A stretch of DNA of 64,000 bases, from assembly GCF_009914755.1 (NCBI RefSeq), contig NC_060927.1; one strand, written 5' to 3'. Under the pieces are notes generated by a model. The model did not search any database. It was not told where the DNA came from and saw only the letters and a program-made list of their open reading frames with translations. Numbering within the stretch: the first letter of the stretch is position 1; every line of letters starts with the position of its first letter. The position numbers were made by a program, and so were the translations under genes. Below are positions 1 through 15,481 of this stretch, piece after piece. The DNA comes from the human T2T-CHM13v2.0 reference genome, Homo sapiens.

Positions 1-46
1 CTGTACATTAAATACCAAAGTACCCCAAATATATATTTTATACTGT

Positions 47-3000
47 ACATGAAATATCAAAGTTCACAAACTATATATTATATACTGTACATAAAATATC
101 AATGTACCCAAGGTATATATTCTATACTGCACAAAAAATATCAAAGTACCCAAAGCATGTATTATATACTGTAGATAAAATAGGAAAGTACATCAAATAT
201 ATATTTTATTCTGTACATACAATATCAAAGTACACCAGATATATATTCTATAGTGTACATAAAATAACAAAGTACACAAACTATAAATTATATCCTGTAC
301 ATAAAATATGAAATTACATCAAATATATATTAGGTACATAAAATATGAAAGTACATCAAATATAGATTTTATACTGTACATTAAGTACCAAAGTACACCA
401 AATATATATTTTATACTCTACATGAAATATCAAAGTTCACAAACCATATATTATATACTGTGCATAAAATATCAAAGTACCCAAGGTATATATTCTATAC
501 TGTACAAAAAATATCAAAGTACCCAAAGCATGTATTATATACTATACATAAAATATGAAATTACATCAAATATATATTTTATTCTGTACATAAAATATCA
601 AAGTACACCAGATATATATTCTATAGTGTACATAAAATATCAAAGTACCCAAACTATACATTATATACTGTACATAAAATGTGAAATTACATCAAATATA
701 TATTATATTAGGTACATAAAATATGAAAGTACATCAAATATAGATTATATACTGTACATTAAATACCAATATACCCCAAATATATATTTTATACTGTACA
801 TGAAATATCAAAGTTCACACACTATATATTATATACTGTACATAAAATATCAAAGTACCCAAGGTATATATTCTATACTGTACAAAAGATATCAAAGTAC
901 CCAAAGCATGTATTATATACTGTACATAAAATATGAAAGTACATCATATATATATTTTATTCTGTACATAAAATATTAAAGTACACCAGATATATATTCT
1001 ATAGTGTACATAAAATATCAAAGTACCAAAACTATACATTATATACTGTACATAAAATATGAAATTACATCAAATATATATTAAGTACATAAAATATGAA
1101 AGTACATCAAATATAGATTATATACTGTACATAAAATATCAATGTACACCAAATATATATTATATACTCTACATGAAATATCAAAGTTCACAAACTATAT
1201 ATTATATACTGTCCATAAAATATCAAAGTACCCAAGGTATATATTCTATACTGTACAAAAAATATCAAAGTACCCAAAGCATGTATTATATACTGTAACT
1301 AAAATATGAAAGTACATCAAATATATATTTTATTCTGTACATAAAATATCAAAGTACACCAGATATATATTCTATAGTGTATATAAAATATCAAAGTACC
1401 CAAACTATATATTATATACTGTACCTAAAATATGAAATTACATCAAATATATATTATATTAGGTACATAAAATATGAAAGTACATCAAATATAGATTATA
1501 TACTGTACATAAAATATCAAAGTACCCCGAATATATATTATATACTCTACATGAAATATCAAAGTTCACAAACTATATATTATATACTGTACATAAAATA
1601 TCAAAGTACCCAAGGTATATATTCTATACTCTACAAAAAATATCAAAGTACCCAAAGCATGTATTATATACTGTATATAAAATAAGAAAGTACATTAAAT
1701 ATATATTTTATTCTGTACATAAAATATCAAAGTACACCAGATATATATTCTATAGTGTACATAAAATAACAAAGTACACAAACTATAAATTATATACTGT
1801 ACATAAAATATGAAATTACATCAAATATATATTAGGTACATAAAATATGAAAGTACTTCAAATGTAGATTATATACTGAACATATAATATCAATGTACCC
1901 CAAATATATATTTGATACTCTACATGAAATATCAAAGTTCAGAAACCATACATTATATACTGTACATAAAATATCAAAGTACCCAAAGTATATATTCTAT
2001 ACTGTACAAAAAATATCAAAGTACCCAAAGCATGTATTATATACTGTACATAATATATGAAAGTACATCAAATATATATTTTATTCTGTACATAAAATAT
2101 CAAAGTACACCAGGTATATATTCTATAGTGTACATAAAATATCAAAGTACCCAAACTATACATTATATACTGTACATAAAATATGAGATTACATCAAATA
2201 TATATTATATTAGGTACATAAAATATGAAAGTACATCAGATATAGATTATATACTGTACATAAAATATCAAAGTACCCCAAATATATATTATATACTCTA
2301 CATGAAATATCAAAGTTCACAAACTATATATTATATACTGTACATAAAATATCAAAGTACCCAAGGTATATATTCTATACTGTACAAAAAATATCAAAAT
2401 ACCCAAAGCATGTATTATATACTGTATATAAAATATGAAAATACATTAAATATATATTTTATTCTGTACATAAAATATCAAAGTACACCAGATATATATT
2501 CTATAGTGTACATAAAATAACAAAGTACACAAACTATAAATTATATACTGTACATAAAATATGAAATTACATCAAATATATATTAGGTACATAAAATATG
2601 AAAGTACATCAAATATAGATTATATACTGTACATATAATATCAATGTACCCCAAATATATATTTTATACTCTACATGAAATATCAAAGTTCAGAAACCAT
2701 ACATTATATACTTTCCATAAAATATCAAAGTACCCATGGCATATATTCTATACTGTACAAAAGATATCAAAGTACCCAAAGCATGTATTATATACTGTAC
2801 ATAAAATATGAAAGTACATCAAATATATATTTTATTCTGTACATAAAATATGAAAGTACACCAGATATATATTCTATAGTGTACATAAAATATCAAAGTA
2901 CCCAAACTATATATTATATACTGTACATAAAATATGAAATTACATCAAATATGTATTATATTAGGTACATAAAATATGAAAGTACATCAAATATAGATTA

Positions 3001-3050
3001 TATACCGTACATAAAATATCAAAGTACCCCAAATATATATTATATACTAT
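47..3050 (+). repeat. Alternating 373/378-bp HOR units (751-bp dimer)
   Basis: M1 starts at 47, 420, 798, 1171, 1549, 1922, 2300, 2673 and 3051, giving spacings of 373, 378, 373, 378, 373, 378, 373, 378. The short units lack 5 bp in M7 (TATATATTAGG or TATATATTAAG instead of TATATATTATATTAGG). Confidence 0.9.
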
Positions 3051-6000
3051 ACATGAAATATCAAATATCACAAACTATATATTATATACTGTACATAAAA
3101 TATCAAAGTACCCAATGTATATATTCTATAGTGTACAAAAAATATCAAAGTACCCAAAGCATGTATTATATACTGTACATAAAATATAAAAGTACATCAA
3201 ATATATATTTTATTCTGTACATAAAATATGAAAGTACACCAGATATATATTCTATAGTGTACATAAAATATCAAAGTACCCAAACTATACATTATATACT
3301 GTACATAAAATATGAAATTACATCAAATATATATTATATTAGGTACTTAAAATATGAAAGTACATCAAATATAGATTATATACTGTACATAAAATATCAA
3401 AGTACCCCAAATATATATTATATACTGTACATGAAATATCAAAGTTCACAACTATATATTATATACTGTACATAAAATATCAAAGTCCCCAAGGTATATA
3501 TTCTATACTGTACAAAAAATATCAAAGTACACAAAGCATGTATTATATACTGTACATAAAATATGAAATTACATCAAATATATATTATATTAGGTACATA
3601 AAATATGAAAGTACATCAAATATAGATTATATACTGTACATAAAATATCAAAGTACCCCAAATATATATTATATACTGTACATGTAATATCAAAGTTCAC
3701 AACTATATATTACATACTGTACATAAAATATCAAAGTACCCAAGGTATATATTCTATACTGTACAAAAAATATCAAAGTACCCAAAGCATGTATTATATA
3801 CTGTACATAAAATATGAAAGTACATCAAATATATATTTTATTCTGTACATAAAATATCAAAGTACACCAGATATATATTCTATAGTGTATATAAAATATC
3901 AAAGTACCCAAACTATACATTATATACTGTACATAAAATATGAAATTACATCAAATATATATTATATTAGGTACATAAAATATGAAAGTACATGAAGTAT
4001 AGATTAAATACTGTACATAAAATATCAAAGTACCCCAAATTTATATTATATACTATACATGAAATATCAAAGTTCACAAACTATATATTATATACTGTAC
4101 ATAAAATATCAAAGTACCCAAGGTATATATTCTATACTGTACAAAAAATATCAAAATACCCAAAGCATGTATTATATACTGTACATAAAATATGAAATTA
4201 CATCAAATATATATTATATTAGGTACATAAAATATTAAAGTACATCAAATATAGATTATATACTGTACATAAAATATCAAAGTACCCCAAATATATATTA
4301 TATACTGTACATGTAATATCAAAGTTCACAACTATATATTACATACTGTACATAAAATATCAAAGTACCCAAGGTATATATTCTATACTGTACAAAAAAT
4401 ATCAAAGTACCCAAAGCATGTATTATATACTGTACATAAAATATGAAAGTACATCAAATATATATTTTATTCTGTACATAAAATATCAAAGTACACCAGA
4501 TATATATTCTATAGAGTACATAAAATATCAAAGTACCCAAACTATACATTGCATACTGTACATAAAATATGAAATTACATCAAATATATATTATAATAGG
4601 TACATAAAATATGAAAGTACATCAAATATAGATTATATACTGTACATTAAATACGAAAGTACCCCAAATATATATTTTATACTGTACATGAAATATCAAA
4701 GTACCCAAGGTATATATTCTATACTGTACAAAAAATATCAAAGTACCCAAAGCATGTATTACAAACTGTACATAAAATATGAAAGTCCATCAAATATATA
4801 TTTTATTCTGTACATAAAATATCAAAGTACACCAGATATATACTCTATAGTGTACATAAAATATCAAAGTACCCAAACTATACATTATATACTGTACATA
4901 AAATATGAAATTACATCAAATATATATTATATTAGGTACATAAAATATGAAAGTACATCAAATATAGATTATATACTGTACATTAAGTACCAAAGTACCC
5001 CAAATATATATTTTATACTGTACATGAAATATCAAAGTTCACAAACTATATATTATATACTGTACATAAAATATCAAAGTACCGAAGGTATATATTCTAT
5101 ACTGTACAAAAAATATCAAAGTACCCAAAGCATGTATTATATACTGTACATAAAGTATGAAAGTACATCAAATATATATTTTATTCTGTACATAAAATAT
5201 CAAGGTACACCAGATATATATTCTGTAGTGTACTTAAAATATCAAAGTACCCAAACTATAAATTATATACTGTACATAAAATATGAAATTACATCAAATA
5301 TATATTATATTAGGTACATAAAATATGAAAGTACATCAAATATAGATTATATACTCTACATTAAATACCAAAGTACCCCAAATATATATTTTATACTGTA
5401 CATGAAATATCAAAGTTCACAAAGTATATATTATATACTGTACATAAAATATCAAAGTACCCAAGGTATATATTCTATACTGTACAAAAGATATCAAAGT
5501 ACCCAAAGCATGTATTATATACTGTACATAAAATATGAAAGTACATCATATATATATTTTATTCTGTACATAAAATATTAAAGTACACCAGATATATATT
5601 CTATAGTGTACATAAAATATCAAAGTACCAAAACTATACATTATATACTGTACATAAAATATGAAATTACATCAAATATATATTAAGTACATAAAATATG
5701 AAAGTACATCAAATATAGATTATATACTGTACATAAAATATCAATGTACACCAAATATATATTATATACTCTACATGAAATATCAAAGTTCAAAAACTAT
5801 ATATTATATACTGTCCATAAAATATCAAAGTACCCAAGGTATATATTCTATACTGTACAAAAAATATCAAAGTACCCAAAGCATGTATTATATACTGTAA
5901 CTAAAATATGAAAGTACATCAAATATATATTTTATTCTGTACATAAAATATCAAAGTACACCAGATATATATTCTATAGTGTATATAAAATATCAAAGTA

Positions 6001-9000
6001 CCCAAACTATATATTATATACTGTACATAAAATATGAAATTACATCAAATATATATTATATTAGGTACATAAAATATGAAAGTACATCAAATATAGATTA
6101 TATACTGTACATAAAATATCAAAGTACCCCGAATATATATTATATACTCTACATGAAATATCAAAGTTCACAAACTATATATTATATACTGTACATAAAA
6201 TATCAAAGTACCCAAGGTATATATTCTATACTCTACAAAAAATATCAAAGTACCCAAAGCATGTATTATATACTGTATATAAAATAAGAAAGTACATTAA
6301 ATATATATTTTATTCTGTACATAAAATATCAAAGTACACCAGATATATATTCTATAGTGTACATAAAATAACAAAGTACACAAACTATAAATTATATACT
6401 GTACATAAAATATGAAATTACATCAAATATATATTAGGTACATAAAATATGAAAGTACATCAAATATAGATTATATACTGTACATATAATATCAATGTAC
6501 CCCAAATATATATTTTATACTCTACATGAAATATCAAAGTTCAGAAACCATACATTATATACTTTCCATAAAATATCAAAGTACCCATGGCATATATTCT
6601 ATACTGTACAAAAGATATCAAAGTACCCAAAGCATGTATTATATACTGTACATAAAATATGAAAGTACATCAAATATATATTTTATTCTGTACATAAAAT
6701 ATGAAAGTACACCAGATATATATTCTATAGTGTACATAAAATATCAAAGTACCCAAACTATATATTATATACTGTACATAAAATATGAAATTACATCAAA
6801 TATGTATTATATTAGGTACATAAAATATGAAAGTACATCAAATATAGATTATATACCGTACATAAAATATCAAAGTACCCCAAATATATATTATATACTA
6901 TACATGAAATATCAAATATCACAAACTATATATTATATACTGTACATAAACTATCAAAGTACCCAATGTATATATTCTATAGTGTACAAAAAATATCAAA
7001 GTACCCAAAGCATGTATTATATACTGTACATAAAATATAAAAGTACATCAAATATATATTTTATTCTGTACATAAAATATGAAAGTACACCAGATATATA
7101 TTCTATAGTGTACATAAAATATCAAAGTACCCAAACTATACATTATATACTGTACATAAAATATGAAATTACATCAAATATATATTATATTAGGTACTTA
7201 AAATATGAAAGTACATCAAATATAGATTATATACTGTACATAAAATATCAAAGTACCCCAAATATATATTATATACTGTACATGAAATATCAAAGTTCAC
7301 AACTATATATTATATACTGTACATAAAATATCAAAGTCCCCAAGGTATATATTCTATACTGTACAAAAAATATCAAAGTACACAAAGCATGTATTATATA
7401 CTGTACATAAAATATGAAATTACATCAAATATATATTATATTAGGTACATAAAATATGAAAGTACATCAAATATAGATTATATACTGTACATAAAATATC
7501 AAAGTACCCCAAATATATATTATATACTGTACATGTAATATCAAAGTTCACAACTATATATTACATACTGTACATAAAATATCAAAGTACCCAAGGTATA
7601 TATTCTATACTGTACAAAAAATATCAAAGTACCCAAAGCATGTATTATATACTGTACATAAAATATGAAAGTACATCAAATATATATTTTATTCTGTACA
7701 TAAAATATCAAAGTACACCAGATATATATTCTATAGTGTATATAAAATATCAAAGTACCCAAACTATACATTATATACTGTACATAAAATATGAAATTAC
7801 ATCAAATATATATTATATTAGGTACATAAAATATGAAAGTACATGAAGTATAGATTAAATACTGTACATAAAATATCAAAGTACCCCAAATTTATATTAT
7901 ATACTATACATGAAATATCAAAGTTCACAAACTATATATTATATACTGTACATAAAATATCAAAGTACCCAAGGTATATATTCTATACTGTACAAAAAAT
8001 ATCAAAATACCCAAAGCATGTATTATATACTGTACATAAAATATGAAATTACATCAAATATATATTATATTAGGTACATAAAATATTAAAGTACATCAAA
8101 TATAGATTATATACTGTACATAAAATATCAAAGTACCCCAAATATATATTATATACTGTACATGTAATATCAAAGTTCACAACTATATATTACATACTGT
8201 ACATAAAATATCAAAGTACCCAAGGTATATATTCTATACTGTACAAAAAATATCAAAGTACCCAAAGCATGTATTATATACTGTACATAAAATATGAAAG
8301 TACATCAAATATATATTTTATTCTGTACATAAAATATCAAAGTACACCAGATATATATTCTATAGAGTACATAAAATATCAAAGTACCCAAACTATACAT
8401 TGCATACTGTACATAAAATATGAAATTACATCAAATATATATTATAATAGGTACATAAAATATGAAAGTACATCAAATATAGATTATATACTGTACATTA
8501 AATACGAAAGTACCCCAAATATATATTTTATACTGTACATGAAATATCAAAGTACCCAAGGTATATATTCTATACTGTACAAAAAATATCAAAGTACCCA
8601 AAGCATGTATTACAAACTGTACATAAAATATGAAAGTCCATCAAATATATATTTTATTCTGTACATAAAATATCAAAGTACACCAGATATATACTCTATA
8701 GTGTACATAAAATATCAAAGTACCCAAACTATACATTATATACTGTACATAAAATATGAAATTACATCAAATATATATTATATTAGGTACATAAAATATG
8801 AAAGTACATCAAATATAGATTATATACTGTACATTAAGTACCAAAGTACCCCAAATATATATTTTATACTGTACATGAAATATCAAAGTTCACAAACTAT
8901 ATATTATATACTGTACATAAAATATCAAAGTACCGAAGGTATATATTCTATACTGTACAAAAAATATCAAAGTACCCAAAGCATGTATTATATACTGTAC

Positions 9001-12000
9001 ATAAAGTATGAAAGTACATCAAATATATATTTTATTCTGTACATAAAATATCAAGGTACACCAGATATATATTCTGTAGTGTACTTAAAATATCAAAGTA
9101 CCCAAACTATAAATTATATACTGTACATAAAATATGAAATTACATCAAATATATATTATATTAGGTACATAAAATATGAAAGTACATCAAATATAGATTA
9201 TATACTCTACATTAAATACCAAAGTACCCCAAATATATATTTTATACTGTACATGAAATATCAAAGTTCACAAAGTATATATTATATACTGTACATAAAA
9301 TATCAAAGTACCCAAGGTATATATTCTATACTGTACAAAAGATATCAAAGTACCCAAAGCATGTATTATATACTGTACATAAAATATGAAAGTACATCAT
9401 ATATATATTTTATTCTGTACATAAAATATTAAAGTACACCAGATATATATTCTATAGTGTACATAAAATATCAAAGTACCAAAACTATACATTATATACT
9501 GTACATAAAATATGAAATTACATCAAATATATATTAAGTACATAAAATATGAAAGTACATCAAATATAGATTATATACTGTACATAAAATATCAATGTAC
9601 ACCAAATATATATTATATACTCTACATGAAATATCAAAGTTCAAAAACTATATATTATATACTGTCCATAAAATATCAAAGTACCCAAGGTATATATTCT
9701 ATACTGTACAAAAAATATCAAAGTACCCAAAGCATGTATTATATACTGTAACTAAAATATGAAAGTACATCAAATATATATTTTATTCTGTACATAAAAT
9801 ATCAAAGTACACCAGATATATATTCTATAGTGTATATAAAATATCAAAGTACCCAAACTATATATTATATACTGTACATAAAATATGAAATTACATCAAA
9901 TATATATTATATTAGGTACATAAAATATGAAAGTACATCAAATATAGATTATATACTGTACATAAAATATCAAAGTACCCCGAATATATATTATATACTC
10001 TACATGAAATATCAAAGTTCACAAACTATATATTATATACTGTACATAAAATATCAAAGTACCCAAGGTATATATTCTATACTCTACAAAAAATATCAAA
10101 GTACCCAAAGCATGTATTATATACTGTATATAAAATAAGAAAGTACATTAAATATATATTTTATTCTGTACATAAAATATCAAAGTACACCAGATATATA
10201 TTCTATAGTGTACATAAAATAACAAAGTACACAAACTATAAATTATATACTGTACATAAAATATGAAATTACATCAAATATATATTAGGTACATAAAATA
10301 TGAAAGTACATCAAATGTAGATTATATACTGAACATATAATATCAATGTACCCCAAATATATATTTGATACTCTACATGAAATATCAAAGTTCAGAAACC
10401 ATACATTATATACTGTACATAAAATATCAAAGTACCCAAAGTATATATTCTATACTGTACAAAAAATATCAAAGTACCCAAAGCATGTATTATATACTGT
10501 ACATAATATATGAAAGTACATCAAATATATATTTTATTCTGTACATAAAATATCAAAGTACACCAGGTATATATTCTATAGTGTACATAAAATATCAAAG
10601 TACCCAAACTATACATTATATACTGTACATAAAATATGAGATTACATCAAATATATATTATATTAGGTACATAAAATATGAAAGTACATCAGATATAGAT
10701 TATATACTGTACATAAAATATCAAAGTACCCCAAATATATATTATATACTCTACATGAAATATCAAAGTTCACAAACTATATATTATATACTGTACATAA
10801 AATATCAAAGTACCCAAGGTATATATTCTATACTGTACAAAAAATATCAAAATACCCAAAGCATGTATTATATACTGTATATAAAATATGAAAATACATT
10901 AAATATATATTTTATTCTGTACATAAAATATCAAAGTACACCAGATATATATTCTATAGTGTACATAAAATAACAAAGTACACAAACTATAAATTATATA
11001 CTGTACATAAAATATGAAATTACATCAAATATATATTAGGTACATAAAATATGAAAGTACATCAAATATAGATTATATACTGTACATATAATATCAATGT
11101 ACCCCAAATATATATTTTATACTCTACATGAAATATCAAAGTTCAGAAACCATACATTATATACTTTCCATAAAATATCAAAGTACCCATGGCATATATT
11201 CTATACTGTACAAAAGATATCAAAGTACCCAAAGCATGTATTATATACTGTACATAAAATATGAAAGTACATCAAATATATATTTTATTCTGTACATAAA
11301 ATATGAAAGTACACCAGATATATATTCTATAGTGTACATAAAATATCAAAGTACCCAAACTATATATTATATACTGTACATAAAATATGAAATTACATCA
11401 AATATGTATTATATTAGGTACATAAAATATGAAAGTACATCAAATATAGATTATATACCGTACATAAAATATCAAAGTACCCCAAATATATATTATATAC
11501 TATACATGAAATATCAAATATCACAAACTATATATTATATACTGTACATAAAATATCAAAGTACCCAATGTATATATTCTATAGTGTACAAAAAATATCA
11601 AAGTACCCAAAGCATGTATTATATACTGTACATAAAATATAAAAGTACATCAAATATATATTTTATTCTGTACATAAAATATGAAAGTACACCAGATATA
11701 TATTCTATAGTGTACATAAAATATCAAAGTACCCAAACTATACATTATATACTGTACATAAAATATGAAATTACATCAAATATATATTATATTAGGTACT
11801 TAAAATATGAAAGTACATCAAATATAGATTATATACTGTACATAAAATATCAAAGTACCCCAAATATATATTATATACTGTACATGAAATATCAAAGTTC
11901 ACAACTATATATTATATACTGTACATAAAATATCAAAGTCCCCAAGGTATATATTCTATACTGTACAAAAAATATCAAAGTACACAAAGCATGTATTATA

Positions 12001-13860
12001 TACTGTACATAAAATATGAAATTACATCAAATATATATTATATTAGGTACATAAAATATGAAAGTACATCAAATATAGATTATATACTGTACATAAAATA
12101 TCAAAGTACCCCAAATATATATTATATACTGTACATGTAATATCAAAGTTCACAACTATATATTACATACTGTACATAAAATATCAAAGTACCCAAGGTA
12201 TATATTCTATACTGTACAAAAAATATCAAAGTACCCAAAGCATGTATTATATACTGTACATAAAATATGAAAGTACATCAAATATATATTTTATTCTGTA
12301 CATAAAATATCAAAGTACACCAGATATATATTCTATAGTGTATATAAAATATCAAAGTACCCAAACTATACATTATATACTGTACATAAAATATGAAATT
12401 ACATCAAATATATATTATATTAGGTACATAAAATATGAAAGTACATGAAGTATAGATTAAATACTGTACATAAAATATCAAAGTACCCCAAATTTATATT
12501 ATATACTATACATGAAATATCAAAGTTCACAAACTATATATTATATACTGTACATAAAATATCAAAGTACCCAAGGTATATATTCTATAGTGTACAAAAA
12601 ATATCAAAGTACCCAAAGCATGTATTATATACCGTACATAAAATATAAAATTACATCAAATATATATTTTATTCTGTACATAAAATATCAAAGTACACCA
12701 GATATATATTCTATAGAGTACATAAAATATCAAAGTACCCAAACTATACATTACATACTGTACATAAAATATGAAATTACATCAAATATATATTATAATA
12801 GGTACATAAAATATGAAAGTACATCAAATATAGATTATATACTGTACATTAAATACGAAAGTACCCCAAATATATATTTTATACTGTACATGAAATATCA
12901 AAGTACCCAAGGTATATATTCTATACTGTACAAAAAATATCAAAGTACCCAAAGCATGTATTACAAACTGTACATAAAATATGAAAGTCCATCAAATATA
13001 TATTTTATTCTGTACATAAAATATCAAAGTACACCAGATATATATTCTATAGTGTACATAAAATATCAAAGTACCCAAACTATACATTATATACTGTACA
13101 TAAAATATGAAATTACATCAAATATATATTATATTAGGTACATAAAATATGAAAGTACATCAAATATAGATTATATACTGTACATTAAGTACCAAAGTAC
13201 CCCAAATATATATTTTATACTGTACATGAAATATCAAAGTTCACAAACTATATATTATATACTGTACATAAAATATCAAAGTACCCAAGGTATATATTCT
13301 ATACTGTACAAAAAATATCAAAGTACCCAAAGCATGTATTATATACTGTACATAAAGTATGAAAGTACATCAAATATATATTTTATTCTGTACATAAAAT
13401 ATCAAGGTACACCAGATATATATTCTATAGTGTACATAAAATATCAAAGTACCCAAACTATAAATTATATACTGTACATAAAATATGAAATTACATCAAA
13501 TATATATTATATTAGGTACATAAAATATGAAAGTACATCAAATATAGATTATATACTCTACATTAAATACCAAAGTACCCCAAATATATATTTTATACTG
13601 TACATGAAATATCAAAGTTCACAAAGTATATATTATATACTGTACATAAAATATCAAAGTACCCAAGGTATATATTCTATACTGTACAAAAGATATCAAA
13701 GTACCCAAAGCATGTATTATATACTGTACATAAAATATGAAAGTACATCATATATATATTTTATTCTGTACATAAAATATTAAAGTACACCAGATATATA
13801 TTCTATAGTGTACATAAAATATCAAAGTACCCAAACTATACATTATATACTGTACATAAA
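798..13860 (+). repeat. Three tandem copies of a 3.9-4.6-kb super-repeat (4602, 3851 and 4351 bp)
   Basis: Matching ORFs and rare variants recur at 1059/5661/9512/13863, 2675/6526/11128 and 3992/7843/12445. The HOR spacings in copy 1 (373+378+373+378+373+378+378+251+377+252+377+336+378) sum to 4602. Confidence 0.88.
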
Positions 13861-15103
13861 ATATGAAATTACATCAAATATATATTAAGTACATAAAATA
13901 TGAAAGTACATCAAATATAGATTATATACTGTACATAAAATATCAATGTACACCAAATATATATTATATACTCTACATGAAATATCAAAGTTCACAAACT
14001 ATATATTATATACTGTCCATAAAATATCAAAGTACCCAAGGTATATATTCTATACTGTACAAAAAATATCAAAGTACCCAAAGCATGTATTATATACTGT
14101 ACCTAAAATATGAAAGTACATCAAATATATATTTTATTCTGTACATAAAATATCAAAGTACACCAGATATATATTCTATAGTGTATATAAAATATCAAAG
14201 TACCCAAACTATACATTATATACTGTACATAAAATATGAAATTACATCAAATATATATTATATTAGGTACATAAAATATGAAAGTACATGAAGTATAGAT
14301 TATATACTGTACATAAAATATCAAAGTACCCCAAATTTATATTATATACTATACATGAAATATCAAAGTTCACAAACTATATATTATATACTGTACATAA
14401 AATATCAAAGTACCCAAGGTATATATTCTATAGTGTACAAAAAATATCAAAGTACCCAAAGCATGTATTATATACCGTACATAAAATATAAAATTACATC
14501 AAATATATATTTTATTCTGTACATAAAATATCAAAGTACACCAGATATATATACTATAGTGTACATAAAATATCAAAGTACCCAAACTATACATTATACA
14601 CTGCACATAAAATATGAAATTACATCAAATATATATTAGGTACATAAAATATGAAAGTACATCAAATATAGATTATATACTGTAAATATAATATCAATGT
14701 ACCCCAAATATATATTTTATACTCTACATGAAATATCAAAGTTCACAAACCATATATTATATACTGTACATAAAATATCAAAGTACCCAAGGTATATATT
14801 CTATACTGTACAAAAAATATCAAAGTACCCAAAGCATGTATTATATACTGTACATAAAATATGAAAGTACATCAAATATATATTTTATTCTATACATAAA
14901 ATATCAAAGTACACCAGATATATATTCTACAGTGTACATAAAATATCAAAGTACCCAAACTATACATTATATACTGTACATAAAATATGAAATTACATCA
15001 AATATATTTTATATTAGGTACATAAAATATGAAAGTACATCAAATATAGATTATATACTGTACATAAAATATCAAAGTACCCCAAATATATATTATATAC
15101 TCT

Positions 15104-15481
15104 ACATGAAATATCAAAGTTCACAAACTATATATTATATACTGTACATAAAATATCAAAGTACCCAAGGTATATATTCTATACTGTACAAAAAATATCA
15201 AAGTACCCAAAGCATGTATAACAAACTGTACCTAAAATATGAAAGTACATCAAATATATATTTTATTCTGTACATAAAATATCAAAGTACACCAGATATA
15301 TATTCTATAGTGTACATAAAATATCAAAGTACCCAAACTATACATTATATACTGTACATAAAATATGAAATTACAGCAAATATATATTATATTAGGTACA
15401 TAAAATATGAAAGTACATCAAATATAGATTATATACTGTACATTAAATACCAAAGTACCCCAAATATATATTTTATACTGT
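15104..15481 (+). repeat. Representative 378-bp 9-monomer higher-order repeat unit (M1-M9)
   Basis: Fixed order of nine monomers, identified by their 25-bp parts: M1 TCACAAACTATATATT (17-bp part ACATGAAA), M2 ACCCAAGG..TTCTATAC, M3 ACCCAAAGCATG (17-bp part ACAAAAAA), M4 ACATCAAA..TTTTATTC, M5 ACACCAGA..TTCTATAG, M6 ACCCAAACTATACATT, M7 (GAAATT)ACATCAAA..TATTAGG, M8 ACATCAAATATAGATT, M9 ACCCCAAA. M1 starts at 15104 and again at 15482. The ORF track shows the matching 126-aa period. Confidence 0.95.

Noticed and set aside
3992-4195. Alternative-frame ORFs (MKYRLNTVHKISKYPK..., also at 102, 7843, 12445, 14288, 26139)
   Set aside because: They are the same satellite read in another frame, opened by a point variant creating an ATG and copied by block duplication.
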